A stretch of 64,000 bases of DNA. It comes from a bacterium (GTDB lineage Bacteria; Patescibacteriota; Minisyncoccia; UBA6257; GWB1-50-10). The first letter of the stretch is position 1; each line of letters starts with the position of its first letter. Positions 39,389 to 47,711 of the stretch are shown in pieces. The position numbers and the translations under genes were made by a program. The notes beneath the pieces are model-generated. The model did not search any database. It had not been told where the DNA came from and saw only the letters and a program-made list of their open reading frames with translations. The stretch spans positions 14,551 to 78,550 of the forward strand of contig JAKAIX010000003.1 of assembly GCA_021814165.1 (NCBI GenBank), in the 5' to 3' direction.

Positions 39389-40891
39389 ATGCAAAAAGCA
39401 CTCAAACAAATTTTATATCTCTTGGAGAAATTAAGTTCGAAGCCGAGGATAGACGGGCTTGAAATACACGACGGAGGTCTCGAGTACGTATTTCTCGAGG
39501 AACAGGTTCCGCGCACCGCGGCGGTGCGCCTTCCCCCAGGGGTGTTCGAGAACGGCAAGCTGAAAAATCCCGAGCAGTTCTCCGAAGCGCTTGGGCGGCT
39601 CCACGAGATCGTCGCGCCCAATGATCCGGGAAAGCTGTTGCGGGTCACGCTCGTGTTGCCGGAAGGACTCGTTTACACCCAAAGCTTTGAAATTCCCAAC
39701 GTGGGCGAGGACAAACTCGAGGAGGCCGTGACGCTCAATCTTCAGATGATTTCTCCCATGCCGATTGAAGAAGCGAACATGAGTGCGCAGATTATCTCGG
39801 AGACGCAGGATCAATATGAACTCATAGGCGCGTTTGCAAATCGCGCATCGATTGCGGAATTGAAAGATACTCTTGCAAAAGCGCATTTTATCCCCGTCGC
39901 GTTCGAGTGTTCCGCGTTCGCGCTTGCGCGGCTTGTAAGGCGCTTTGTAAAACACCAGGCGCAGTCCGTGCTGCTCTTGGAAACTTCAAGCGACGGTCTT
40001 TCGCTTTTTATTCTGCGGGAAGGAACGCTCCATTTCAGTTATTTCAGATCGTGGCAATCGATCCGCGGCGAAGCTCAATCGATCCCTCGTGAACTTTTCG
40101 ATGCCATCGTGGTGCAGGAAACGCGGAAGGTCGTGAATTTTGCGGTAAGCAAGTTTGGGGAGGCGCCCGCGGAACTGTGGCTTATGGCGGGAGGATTCGA
40201 AAAAGAAATCGCCGAGGTTTTGGGAACGAACTTCTCATTTAAAATATTTCCCTTTGTCCTCGGTTCATATCCGAATGTAGCCCAGCCGTTCTACGCGTCG
40301 CTGGGCGCTACTCTTCGGAATTGGGAAGAGGAGCAGAAAAGATTCGCGTCTATCAATCTCGGAGGCGAGGATCTCTCAAATGAGATAAAAGAGGAACAGA
40401 TTCTTAATTTCATCGTTTTGTGGAGAAATATAATAGTAGGCGTTCTCGCGATTATACTCGTTGCATTCGGTTTGTCCGCTACCTTTTTGGTAAAGCAATC
40501 GAATCTTTTGACTCAGACGGCCTCTTCCTTCACGCCGAGAGACGCGGGAAGCGACTATGCGGCACTCTCCGAGCGTGCGGACGAGTTTAATGCGCTGGTG
40601 CGCGCAATTCGGGAAGTGAAGCAAGGAAATCTTCCTTGGCAGCCGCTCCTTGCCCATCTTTTTTCCGTCATGGAAGAACAACAGATCACGCTCCGCGCTA
40701 TCGAAGTGCAGTCGCTCTACGATCCGATACGGCTCGGTGCGACCGCCCCCGATAATCAGGCGGTGACGAAGTTTAAGAACGCCCTTTCAGACGACCCGAA
40801 GTTCAAAAATATAGATCTCCCGCTTACGCAGATAGCCGTTTTGGGGAGTAACTCGGTTTCGTTTAATGTTACGTTTCAATTTGTTCCGTGA
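39389..40891 (+). CDS. PilM-like actin-fold domain fused to a PilN/PilO-like membrane segment (pilus assembly-like fusion protein)
   Basis: N-terminal half has a PilM/FtsA-like fold, a central TM helix (FIVLWRNIIVGVLAIILVAFGLSATFLV) and a C-terminal periplasmic coiled-coil region. Confidence 0.45.
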   Translation: MQKALKQILYLLEKLSSKPRIDGLEIHDGGLEYVFLEEQVPRTAAVRLPPGVFENGKLKNPEQFSEALGRLHEIVAPNDPGKLLRVTLVLPEGLVYTQSFEIPNVGEDKLEEAVTLNLQMISPMPIEEANMSAQIISETQDQYELIGAFANRASIAELKDTLAKAHFIPVAFECSAFALARLVRRFVKHQAQSVLLLETSSDGLSLFILREGTLHFSYFRSWQSIRGEAQSIPRELFDAIVVQETRKVVNFAVSKFGEAPAELWLMAGGFEKEIAEVLGTNFSFKIFPFVLGSYPNVAQPFYASLGATLRNWEEEQKRFASINLGGEDLSNEIKEEQILNFIVLWRNIIVGVLAIILVAFGLSATFLVKQSNLLTQTASSFTPRDAGSDYAALSERADEFNALVRAIREVKQGNLPWQPLLAHLFSVMEEQQITLRAIEVQSLYDPIRLGATAPDNQAVTKFKNALSDDPKFKNIDLPLTQIAVLGSNSVSFNVTFQFVP

Positions 40892-41457
40892 GGCGGCGTG
40901 AGAAGCATGCGGAGTTTCTGAAATACTTTTTCGAACGCCGGTTCATCGCTGCGCCGCGTCTTTTGCAAGACGAAAGCGCCCGCCTTCCCGTTTCTGCCGG
41001 TTCCCCGGACGCCGATCCGCGCGCGCCAGAACTTGTTGGTGTGAAGCGCGCCGATTATCGATTCGATGCCGTGATGTCCCGCCGATCCTCTCTCAAAGCC
41101 GGTCTTCATGGTTCCTACGGCGAGATCGGTGTCGTCGTGGAGCACTAAAAGTGATCGTGTCGGAATTTCAAAATACGCGAGTGCGTGCCGAATCGCCGCT
41201 CCGGACTCGTTCATGTAGGTGCGGGGAATGACGAATATCCGCGACCCAATCTTTGTGTAACGGAAATCGTTTCTCGTGCGCCACTTATGATCTCCGGATG
41301 AAGCGAAAAGCGCTTCGAGCGCTCGCATGCCTATGTTGTGATATGTTGCGGCGAAATCGGGATCGGGATTCCCGAGTCCCGCAACAAGGAGTATTTCCGC
41401 GGGATTAAACGCGATACTTTTCTCGTTCTCTCCCTTTGTATTGCCTTTTTTCGGCAT
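40876..41457 (-). CDS. pth: peptidyl-tRNA hydrolase
   Basis: LLVAGLGNPDPDFAATYHNIGMRALE matches the Pth signature (GLGNPG-x-Y-x2-T/N-RHN-x-G). The 3' end overlaps the convergent upstream gene by 16 nt. The N-terminal extension may indicate a later start. Confidence 0.8.
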   Translation of the reverse strand: MPKKGNTKGENEKSIAFNPAEILLVAGLGNPDPDFAATYHNIGMRALEALFASSGDHKWRTRNDFRYTKIGSRIFVIPRTYMNESGAAIRHALAYFEIPTRSLLVLHDDTDLAVGTMKTGFERGSAGHHGIESIIGALHTNKFWRARIGVRGTGRNGKAGAFVLQKTRRSDEPAFEKVFQKLRMLLTPPHGTN

Positions 41458-41480
41458 ATCTCATAAGATTACCACATAAT

Positions 41481-42020
41481 ATGAGGAAATTCCTCTGGTC
41501 ACTATTCGAGATGCTCGAGACGGTAGCGATCGCCGTCGTGGCGGTTCTTCTTGTACGCTCGTTCGTGACCCAGCCGTTTCTCGTAAGCGGTTCCAGCATG
41601 GAGCCGACGTTCAGCGACGGCAATTACCTTTTGGTTGACGAGCTTTCTTATGATTTCAGGGCGCCGGAGCGCGGCGAAGTAGTGGTGTTCAAATATCCCG
41701 GCGATCCGAGTTCATATTTTATAAAGCGCATCATAGGACTTCCCGGCGAGACGGTGAATATCCGCAATGGAAATGTCAGCGTGACAAACGCGCAGGGGAC
41801 CGAGATGCTGAACGAATCGTATACGTTGAAGAACGATACTACCACGAATATGGAACGGACACTTGGGAAGGGGGAATATTTTGTGATGGGTGACAACAGA
41901 AACTTCAGTTTTGATTCGAGAAGCTGGGGTCCCGTCCCAACGAAGGACATCGTAGGGGTGGTTCGCTTCAGGTTGTGGCCCCTGCAATCGGCTAAGGCGT
42001 TCAGCGCGCCGCATTATTAA
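41481..42020 (+). CDS. lepB: signal peptidase I
   Basis: TM anchor, the catalytic-Ser region VSGSSMEPTF, and the catalytic-Lys region with GDNRNFSFDSRSWG. Confidence 0.85.
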   Translation: MRKFLWSLFEMLETVAIAVVAVLLVRSFVTQPFLVSGSSMEPTFSDGNYLLVDELSYDFRAPERGEVVVFKYPGDPSSYFIKRIIGLPGETVNIRNGNVSVTNAQGTEMLNESYTLKNDTTTNMERTLGKGEYFVMGDNRNFSFDSRSWGPVPTKDIVGVVRFRLWPLQSAKAFSAPHY

Positions 42021-42023
42021 AAC

Positions 42024-43343
42024 GTGATGGGGAAAGAAACAAGACCTCCGGCGAAGAAATCGCAAAAAACGGTCAAACCCTGCGCATTTTCTACCGCGCC
42101 GGGAATGGCGGACATCCTTCCTAAAGAACAGGAGTGGTGGAAGCTCGTGTGGCAGCTTGGGAATGCGACGAGCGAACTCCATGATTTTAACTTCATAGAA
42201 ACCCCCATCATCGAAGAAGCGGGGATGTTTGAAGAAGCGGCGGGAATCGCGAAAGAATTGGTGGAGAAAGAACTCTTTTTATTGAAGACGAAGGAGAAAA
42301 AAACGCTGGCGCTTTCTTTTTGTCCGAAAATATCGGTGCTTCGGAGCTATCTGGAACACCGCCTCGCATACTTTTCTTCCCCGCTTAAGGTGTTCTACCT
42401 CACGCCCGTGTTGAAAAAGGTAAGGGCGGGATCGGGGAGTATTCGGGAGTTTCATGAATGGGGATTCCAGATTATGGGAGAAGGAGACCCCATCTATGAT
42501 GGGGAAATCATTCTCGCGGTATACGATTTCCTGAAGGGACTGAGACTGAAACAATTGACTCTCAAGATTAACAGCGCAGGATGCCGCGTATGCCGCCCCG
42601 CATTCCGGCAGAAGATAAAAACGCACTACCGGAATGAACGGGAACGTTTGTGCAAATCCTGCGAACGGAATCTCGAAACGAACGTGTTTGCGCTCCTCCA
42701 TTGCGAGGAAGCGAAGTGCAAGGAGGTGATCGCCGAGGCGCCGATCATACTTGATTACCTCTGTCAGAATTGCAACAACCATTTCAAATCGGTACTGGAA
42801 CTCGTGGAGGACAACGAGATTGCGTACGAGCCCGACGCGCACCTCCTGCCGGTGAACGATTACGGCATGAGAACGACGTTTGAATTTTTCGTGTCCGAGC
42901 TTCGACTTCCCGTCGCGCGGGGAGGACGTTTCGATTATCTCGCGGAGATATTCGGGGGGAGGATCACGCCGAGCGTGAACGGTGCGCTGCATATCGAGCA
43001 GGTCATCGAAGCGATGAAACTCCAGGGGATTGTTCCTCACCCGAGAACAAAACCGAGAGTCTTCTTCGTGGTATTGGGAGATCAGGCAAAAAAGAGCGCG
43101 TTGCGTCTTATGAACAAACTTCGCTCGTGCGGTGTCGCGGTCGTCGAAGTGGTGGGAAAAAAGACGTTGAAGGCGCAGTTGAAAAGCGCCGAACGAATGA
43201 ATATTTCTTTGGCGCTCCTCTTGGGACAGAAAGAAGTATTCGAAGGTACGGTGATAATCCGTGATATGACTTCGGGAGCGCAGGAGACGATATTGGCGGA
43301 GAAACTCGTCGAAGAAGTAAAACGAAGAATCAACAGCAAATAA
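42024..43343 (+). CDS. hisS: histidyl-tRNA synthetase
   Basis: Class IIa core with GGRFDYLAEIFGG (HisS motif) and a C-terminal anticodon-binding domain. Confidence 0.8.
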   Translation: MMGKETRPPAKKSQKTVKPCAFSTAPGMADILPKEQEWWKLVWQLGNATSELHDFNFIETPIIEEAGMFEEAAGIAKELVEKELFLLKTKEKKTLALSFCPKISVLRSYLEHRLAYFSSPLKVFYLTPVLKKVRAGSGSIREFHEWGFQIMGEGDPIYDGEIILAVYDFLKGLRLKQLTLKINSAGCRVCRPAFRQKIKTHYRNERERLCKSCERNLETNVFALLHCEEAKCKEVIAEAPIILDYLCQNCNNHFKSVLELVEDNEIAYEPDAHLLPVNDYGMRTTFEFFVSELRLPVARGGRFDYLAEIFGGRITPSVNGALHIEQVIEAMKLQGIVPHPRTKPRVFFVVLGDQAKKSALRLMNKLRSCGVAVVEVVGKKTLKAQLKSAERMNISLALLLGQKEVFEGTVIIRDMTSGAQETILAEKLVEEVKRRINSK

Positions 43344-43359
43344 TTTTCAATTCTCATTC

Positions 43360-43788
43360 ATGGATTGTATCTTCTGTAAAATTGCAAACAAAGAAATGGA
43401 CGCACTCACGATAGGCGAGGGCGATTTGACGATCACGTTTCTCGATATATTTCCTCATGCCAAAGGACATGCGGTGGTAATTCCCAAGACGCACCGTGAA
43501 ACGGTCGGCGATCTTACAAAAGAAGAACTCGCCGCGTTATTCTCCGCAGTACAGGATGCGGTGCAGCTTTTGGGGCACGCGCTCCAGCCGGACGGTTTTA
43601 CGATAGGAATCAATCAGGGAAAAGCGGCGGGCCAGGCGGTTCCCCACCTTCACGTCCATGTTCTGCCCCGTTTCGAGCGGGATGGCGGCGGCTCGGTACA
43701 TTCGGTCGTGAACGCGCCGTCCGAAGAGCCGCTTGCGGAGTTAAGGGAAAAAATAGTACAGTCGAAGCAGAAGAAAATGGTCGGGTGA
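43360..43788 (+). CDS. HIT-family (histidine triad) nucleotide hydrolase
   Basis: MDCIFCKI N-terminus and the histidine triad HLHVHVLPR. Confidence 0.85.
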   Translation: MDCIFCKIANKEMDALTIGEGDLTITFLDIFPHAKGHAVVIPKTHRETVGDLTKEELAALFSAVQDAVQLLGHALQPDGFTIGINQGKAAGQAVPHLHVHVLPRFERDGGGSVHSVVNAPSEEPLAELREKIVQSKQKKMVG

Positions 43789-44012
43789 ACACAATACGCA
43801 TTATGGAGATACGAAAAAGGAAAAACGAAAGTACCAGCTCATTCCTGTACCGTTTCAACAAACGAGTGCAGCAAACCGGGGTGCTTAAAGAAGTAAAAAA
43901 GAGAAGGTTTCATTCTCGCCCGGTAAACCGCCGCGCGCGACGAAATGCGGCGCTGTATCGCAAAACGAAGGTTGAGACGATCACGAAGGCGAAGAAACAA
44001 GGTAACCGTTAG
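43785..44012 (+). CDS. rpsU: 30S ribosomal protein S21
   Basis: Highly basic 75 aa with the GVLKEVKKRRFHSRP region typical of S21. Its ATG overlaps the hit stop (ATGA). Confidence 0.8.
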   Translation: MNTIRIMEIRKRKNESTSSFLYRFNKRVQQTGVLKEVKKRRFHSRPVNRRARRNAALYRKTKVETITKAKKQGNR

Positions 44013-44023
44013 TCTTAAGAATT

Positions 44024-44482
44024 ATGCTGAAGGAGAAAATCAGCGAAGATTTGACGCGTGCAGTGAGAGAGCGGAACGAAGTGCGAGTAAGCACGTTGCG
44101 TTTGCTTTCCGCGAGCATGCATAATCGCGAAATCGAAAAAAGGGGAAAAGGAGAAGAAGGATCGCTCAACGACGATGAAGTAAAGGAGCTTATCCGTCGT
44201 GAAGCGAAGAAACGAAAAGAAGCCATTACATTATATAGGAAGGGAGAAAGAGAGGAACTTGCGTTGAAGGAAGAAAGAGAGCTCTCCGTGCTAGAGGAGT
44301 ACCTTCCGCCGCAGGCGGGGGAAGAAACGATACGGGAAGCGATCGAGGATGCAATCGCGCGCGTGCGTCCGGAGAGCCCGAAGGATTTCGGTAAGGTTAT
44401 GGGCGCGGTTATGAAAACACTCCACGGTACCGCCGATACGGATAAAGTGACAGAAATGATAAAGGAACGACTTGGAGCTTGA
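44024..44482 (+). CDS. GatB/YqeY-domain protein
   Basis: The YqeY fold signature (SEDLTRAVRERNEVRVSTLRLLSASMHNREIEK) is present. The gene is commonly linked to rpsU. Confidence 0.8.
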   Translation: MLKEKISEDLTRAVRERNEVRVSTLRLLSASMHNREIEKRGKGEEGSLNDDEVKELIRREAKKRKEAITLYRKGEREELALKEERELSVLEEYLPPQAGEETIREAIEDAIARVRPESPKDFGKVMGAVMKTLHGTADTDKVTEMIKERLGA

Positions 44483-44925
44483 AACGCAGAGGAGAAAACA
44501 TGGCAAATCGGATCCTAATTGAAAGCGAGCATCCGTCGTTTCGTCCGCTTGAACGGCATCTGGCATCCGTGATGCGGAAAGTTCTGCAGCACCTTCGGAA
44601 AGAGCGCTGTATAGTGGAACTTACGCTCCTTACGGACGGGACGATGAGAGACTATAATCGGAAATTCAGAAAAAAGGACAGGCCTACGACGGTTTTAAGC
44701 TTCGATGCGAAGAAACGTTTTCCGAGACCCGATCTCGGAGAAGGACGTTATCTGGGGGAGCTCTTTCTTGCCCCTCGGTACATCAAGTCCGTGTGTCAGG
44801 ACATTGATTTACTTGCCGTACATGGCGTACTGCATCTCCTCGGGTATACACACGGGGCACGACATGCTAGGATAACAATGGAGCGGCGCGAGCGGGTGCT
44901 CGCCCGCGCGCTCGGGAAAAAATAA
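44479..44925 (+). CDS. ybeY: rRNA maturation endoribonuclease YbeY
   Basis: The zinc-binding motif HGVLHLLGYTH (H-x3-H-x5-H) is present. Confidence 0.85.
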   Translation: MKRRGENMANRILIESEHPSFRPLERHLASVMRKVLQHLRKERCIVELTLLTDGTMRDYNRKFRKKDRPTTVLSFDAKKRFPRPDLGEGRYLGELFLAPRYIKSVCQDIDLLAVHGVLHLLGYTHGARHARITMERRERVLARALGKK

Positions 44926-44941
44926 TTTTGTTCTCTTCCGT

Positions 44942-46159
44942 ATGGCTACTATTATTACTGGTCTCGATATCGGCTCCTCCCAAATAAAAGGAACTGTGGT
45001 CGAGGTCGGGAAAGACGGAATGTTATCCGTGCTTTCCGTATTTCGCGAGTCTTCCGAGGGATTTCGGAGAGGAGTGCTTGTTGATGCAGATGAGGCGGGT
45101 GCGAAAATGCGCGCGCTTGCCGCTGACCTCCAGAAAATTTCAAAGAAAGCGATTCGGAACGTATTTGTGAATATCAATAGCGAGCAGGTAAAGGCAAAGG
45201 TTTCGAAAGGTGTCGCGGCCGTTTCCCGGGCCGACAAAGAAATTCAACCGGAAGATCTTGATCGCGTGACGCAGGCGTCGCGCGCGGTGAAACTGATGTC
45301 AAACTCGATCGTGCTTCACAATATCGTGAAGGAATATTTTGTGGACGACGTGGGCGACATCAGAGATCCCCTCGGCATGACGGGAAGCCGTCTCGAGGTT
45401 TCGACGATGATTATCGAAGGATTTATGCCGCAGGTGAACCCTCTTATAAAGGTGTTGGAGGGCGCGGGCATTGGCATCGGCGGGCTCATTTTTAATCCGC
45501 TCGCCGCCGCGCGCGCGGTGCTCTCGAAAAAACAGAAAGAGCTCGGCGTGGTAATGATTGATTTCGGCGCGGGAACAACGACGGTTGCCGTGTATGAAGA
45601 AGGAAAAGTGCTCCACGTGAAGAGTTTGCCGCTCGGAGCCGCATATGTGACGAACGATATTGCGATCGGTCTCAAGGTTCCCGTGGAAATTGCGGAGAAG
45701 CTCAAAACTGCGTATGGTTCGGCGCTGGCGGGGGATATCGGGAGAAAAGAAACGGTGGCACTTTCCGAAATAGACCCGCGGCTCGAAGGAGAAGTGTCGC
45801 GCCGGTTTCTTGCGGAAATCATAGAAGTGCGACTTGCGGAAATTCTTGATTGTGTGAATAATGAACTGAAGCTTGTAGGGAGAGATGTGCAACTGCCGGC
45901 GGGCGTAGTCATTACCGGGGGCGGGGTGAAGATGGCGGGAATAGCGGAGTTGGTGAAGCGGGAACTGCGACTGCCTGTCCAGATGGGGTTTCCCGATTTG
46001 AGCGAATTCGACGTGATGAACCCGACGCACAAGGAAGCACTCGACGATCCAGAATTTGCGGTCGCGGTGGGGCTTGCGCTTTGGGGAAACGCCGAAAATA
46101 AGGAAGTGGCGGCGGGTCTGGGAGCGGTAAAAGGTTTTTTCAAAAACTTCCTTCCGTAG
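44942..46159 (+). CDS. ftsA: cell division protein FtsA
   Basis: The actin-like ATPase N-terminus (ITGLDIGSSQIKGTVV) and its position directly upstream of ftsZ. Confidence 0.85.
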   Translation: MATIITGLDIGSSQIKGTVVEVGKDGMLSVLSVFRESSEGFRRGVLVDADEAGAKMRALAADLQKISKKAIRNVFVNINSEQVKAKVSKGVAAVSRADKEIQPEDLDRVTQASRAVKLMSNSIVLHNIVKEYFVDDVGDIRDPLGMTGSRLEVSTMIIEGFMPQVNPLIKVLEGAGIGIGGLIFNPLAAARAVLSKKQKELGVVMIDFGAGTTTVAVYEEGKVLHVKSLPLGAAYVTNDIAIGLKVPVEIAEKLKTAYGSALAGDIGRKETVALSEIDPRLEGEVSRRFLAEIIEVRLAEILDCVNNELKLVGRDVQLPAGVVITGGGVKMAGIAELVKRELRLPVQMGFPDLSEFDVMNPTHKEALDDPEFAVAVGLALWGNAENKEVAAGLGAVKGFFKNFLP

Positions 46160-46177
46160 TATTTCAAGAGACGTAGT

Positions 46178-47419
46178 ATGAAAAAAAATTCAAAGAAGAA
46201 ATCAAACGCATCGCACGCGAAGCAGAAAAAGAGCACCTTCGCGAGATCGAAAGCGGCGAACGGCACCACCATCATAAAAGTAGTGGGAGTGGGCGGCGGC
46301 GGTTCGAACGCCGTTTCTCGGATGATGAGCGGAGAGCGTCCTCGCGGCGTCGAGTTTATCGCGATCAACACTGATGCGCAGGATCTCGATTACGCGGTCG
46401 CGCAGAAAAAACTTTACATAGGGAAAGCGTTGACGCGCGGACTCGGCGCCGGCATGAATCCGGAAATAGGAAAACAGGCCGCGGAAGAAAATCGCTCGGA
46501 GATCGGGGAAGTGCTTGAAGGCGCGGATATCGTGTTTATCACCGCCGGCATGGGCGGCGGCACCGGTACCGGTGCGGCTCCGGTGATCGCCGAGATTGCG
46601 AAAGAAAAGGGAATCCTCACGCTTGCCGTCGTCACAAAACCATTCGGATTCGAAGGAGCGCAACGAATGACGATTGCGCAGGAGGGGGTGAGTCGTTTAA
46701 AAGAAAAAGTGGACGCGCTGGTGGTAATTCCAAACGATCGCATCTTCACGCTTATCGAAAAAGATACGCCAATCATGAAGGCGTTCGCGTTTATCGATGA
46801 AATTCTAAAACAGGCGGTGCACGCCATAGCGGAGCTCATCAACATGCCCGGTATCATTAATGTGGATTTCGCGGATATCAAGACGATTTTAAGGGATTCG
46901 GGAGCCACTTTAATCGGCATCGGCGTCGCATCGGGACAGGACAGAGGAATGAAAGCGGTGAGTGCCGCGGTCAATTCCCCGCTTCTTGAAGTTTCCCTCG
47001 AAGGAGCGAAAGGAGTGCTTTTCTCAATCGCGGGGAGCAGGGATCTTCTTATGACCGAGGTCCAGGATATCGCGAAGGTAATTTCTTCGAATCTCGATTC
47101 GAATGCAAGAGTGATATTCGGGGCGTATCACGATCGAACCTTGAAAGACAAGGCAATCAAGGTGACGGTAATCGCGACGGGTTTTAACGGGGTGTTTTCC
47201 AGCCGTGCGCAGAACGTTCCTTCTCTCTTTATGTCCGTTGAAGCGCCCAAAAAAGAGGTAAAAACACCATCTTCTTTTATGGAGGAAATGGAAGAACGGG
47301 AGCGGGAAGAAGAAAGAGAGGGAGAAGAGAAGGTAAAGAGCCAGAAACAAAGCGCCCCGAAGATTGAAAAGACCGAGCCCTGGGAAATTCCCGCATTTTT
47401 GAGGAAGAAAAAGAAATAA
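46178..47419 (+). CDS. ftsZ: cell division GTPase FtsZ
   Basis: GVGGGGSNAV and the tubulin signature GGGTGTGAAP are present, with an acidic/basic C-terminal tail. Confidence 0.95.
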   Translation: MKKNSKKKSNASHAKQKKSTFARSKAANGTTIIKVVGVGGGGSNAVSRMMSGERPRGVEFIAINTDAQDLDYAVAQKKLYIGKALTRGLGAGMNPEIGKQAAEENRSEIGEVLEGADIVFITAGMGGGTGTGAAPVIAEIAKEKGILTLAVVTKPFGFEGAQRMTIAQEGVSRLKEKVDALVVIPNDRIFTLIEKDTPIMKAFAFIDEILKQAVHAIAELINMPGIINVDFADIKTILRDSGATLIGIGVASGQDRGMKAVSAAVNSPLLEVSLEGAKGVLFSIAGSRDLLMTEVQDIAKVISSNLDSNARVIFGAYHDRTLKDKAIKVTVIATGFNGVFSSRAQNVPSLFMSVEAPKKEVKTPSSFMEEMEEREREEEREGEEKVKSQKQSAPKIEKTEPWEIPAFLRKKKK

Positions 47420-47447
47420 ATTTTTCGAACGGGACACAAAAAGAAAG

Positions 47448-47474
47448 GACCACGTGGAAAAACGTGGTTTTTTG
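47448..47474 (+). terminator. rho-independent terminator after ftsZ
   Basis: accacg-tggaaaaa-cgtggt followed by TTTTT. Confidence 0.7.
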
Positions 47475-47711
47475 GTGTAACGGAAGTGTAATAATGTCGG
47501 AAAGCGGGGAAAAGCTTGACAGATGCGGGGAAAAAGTATGATTTTTATGTCCGGGTTTTCCGCCGGACTAATTTTTTCCGACAGTTTTGAAATGGAATGG
47601 ACAAAGACCATATTTTTTTGCATTGTGGGGTACTTATCCACCGTTGCACAAAACGAAGAACCCCCTACAATGAAAACGTCGGTCATTTTATTTTTAATTT
47701 TTTCCACATCA

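Noticed and set aside
47523-47711. 63-aa N-terminal extension of nrdJ
   Set aside because: The sequence is AT-rich with runs of T, unlike the GC-rich coding DNA, and contains the promoter and hairpins. The ATP-cone begins at the Met at 47712.
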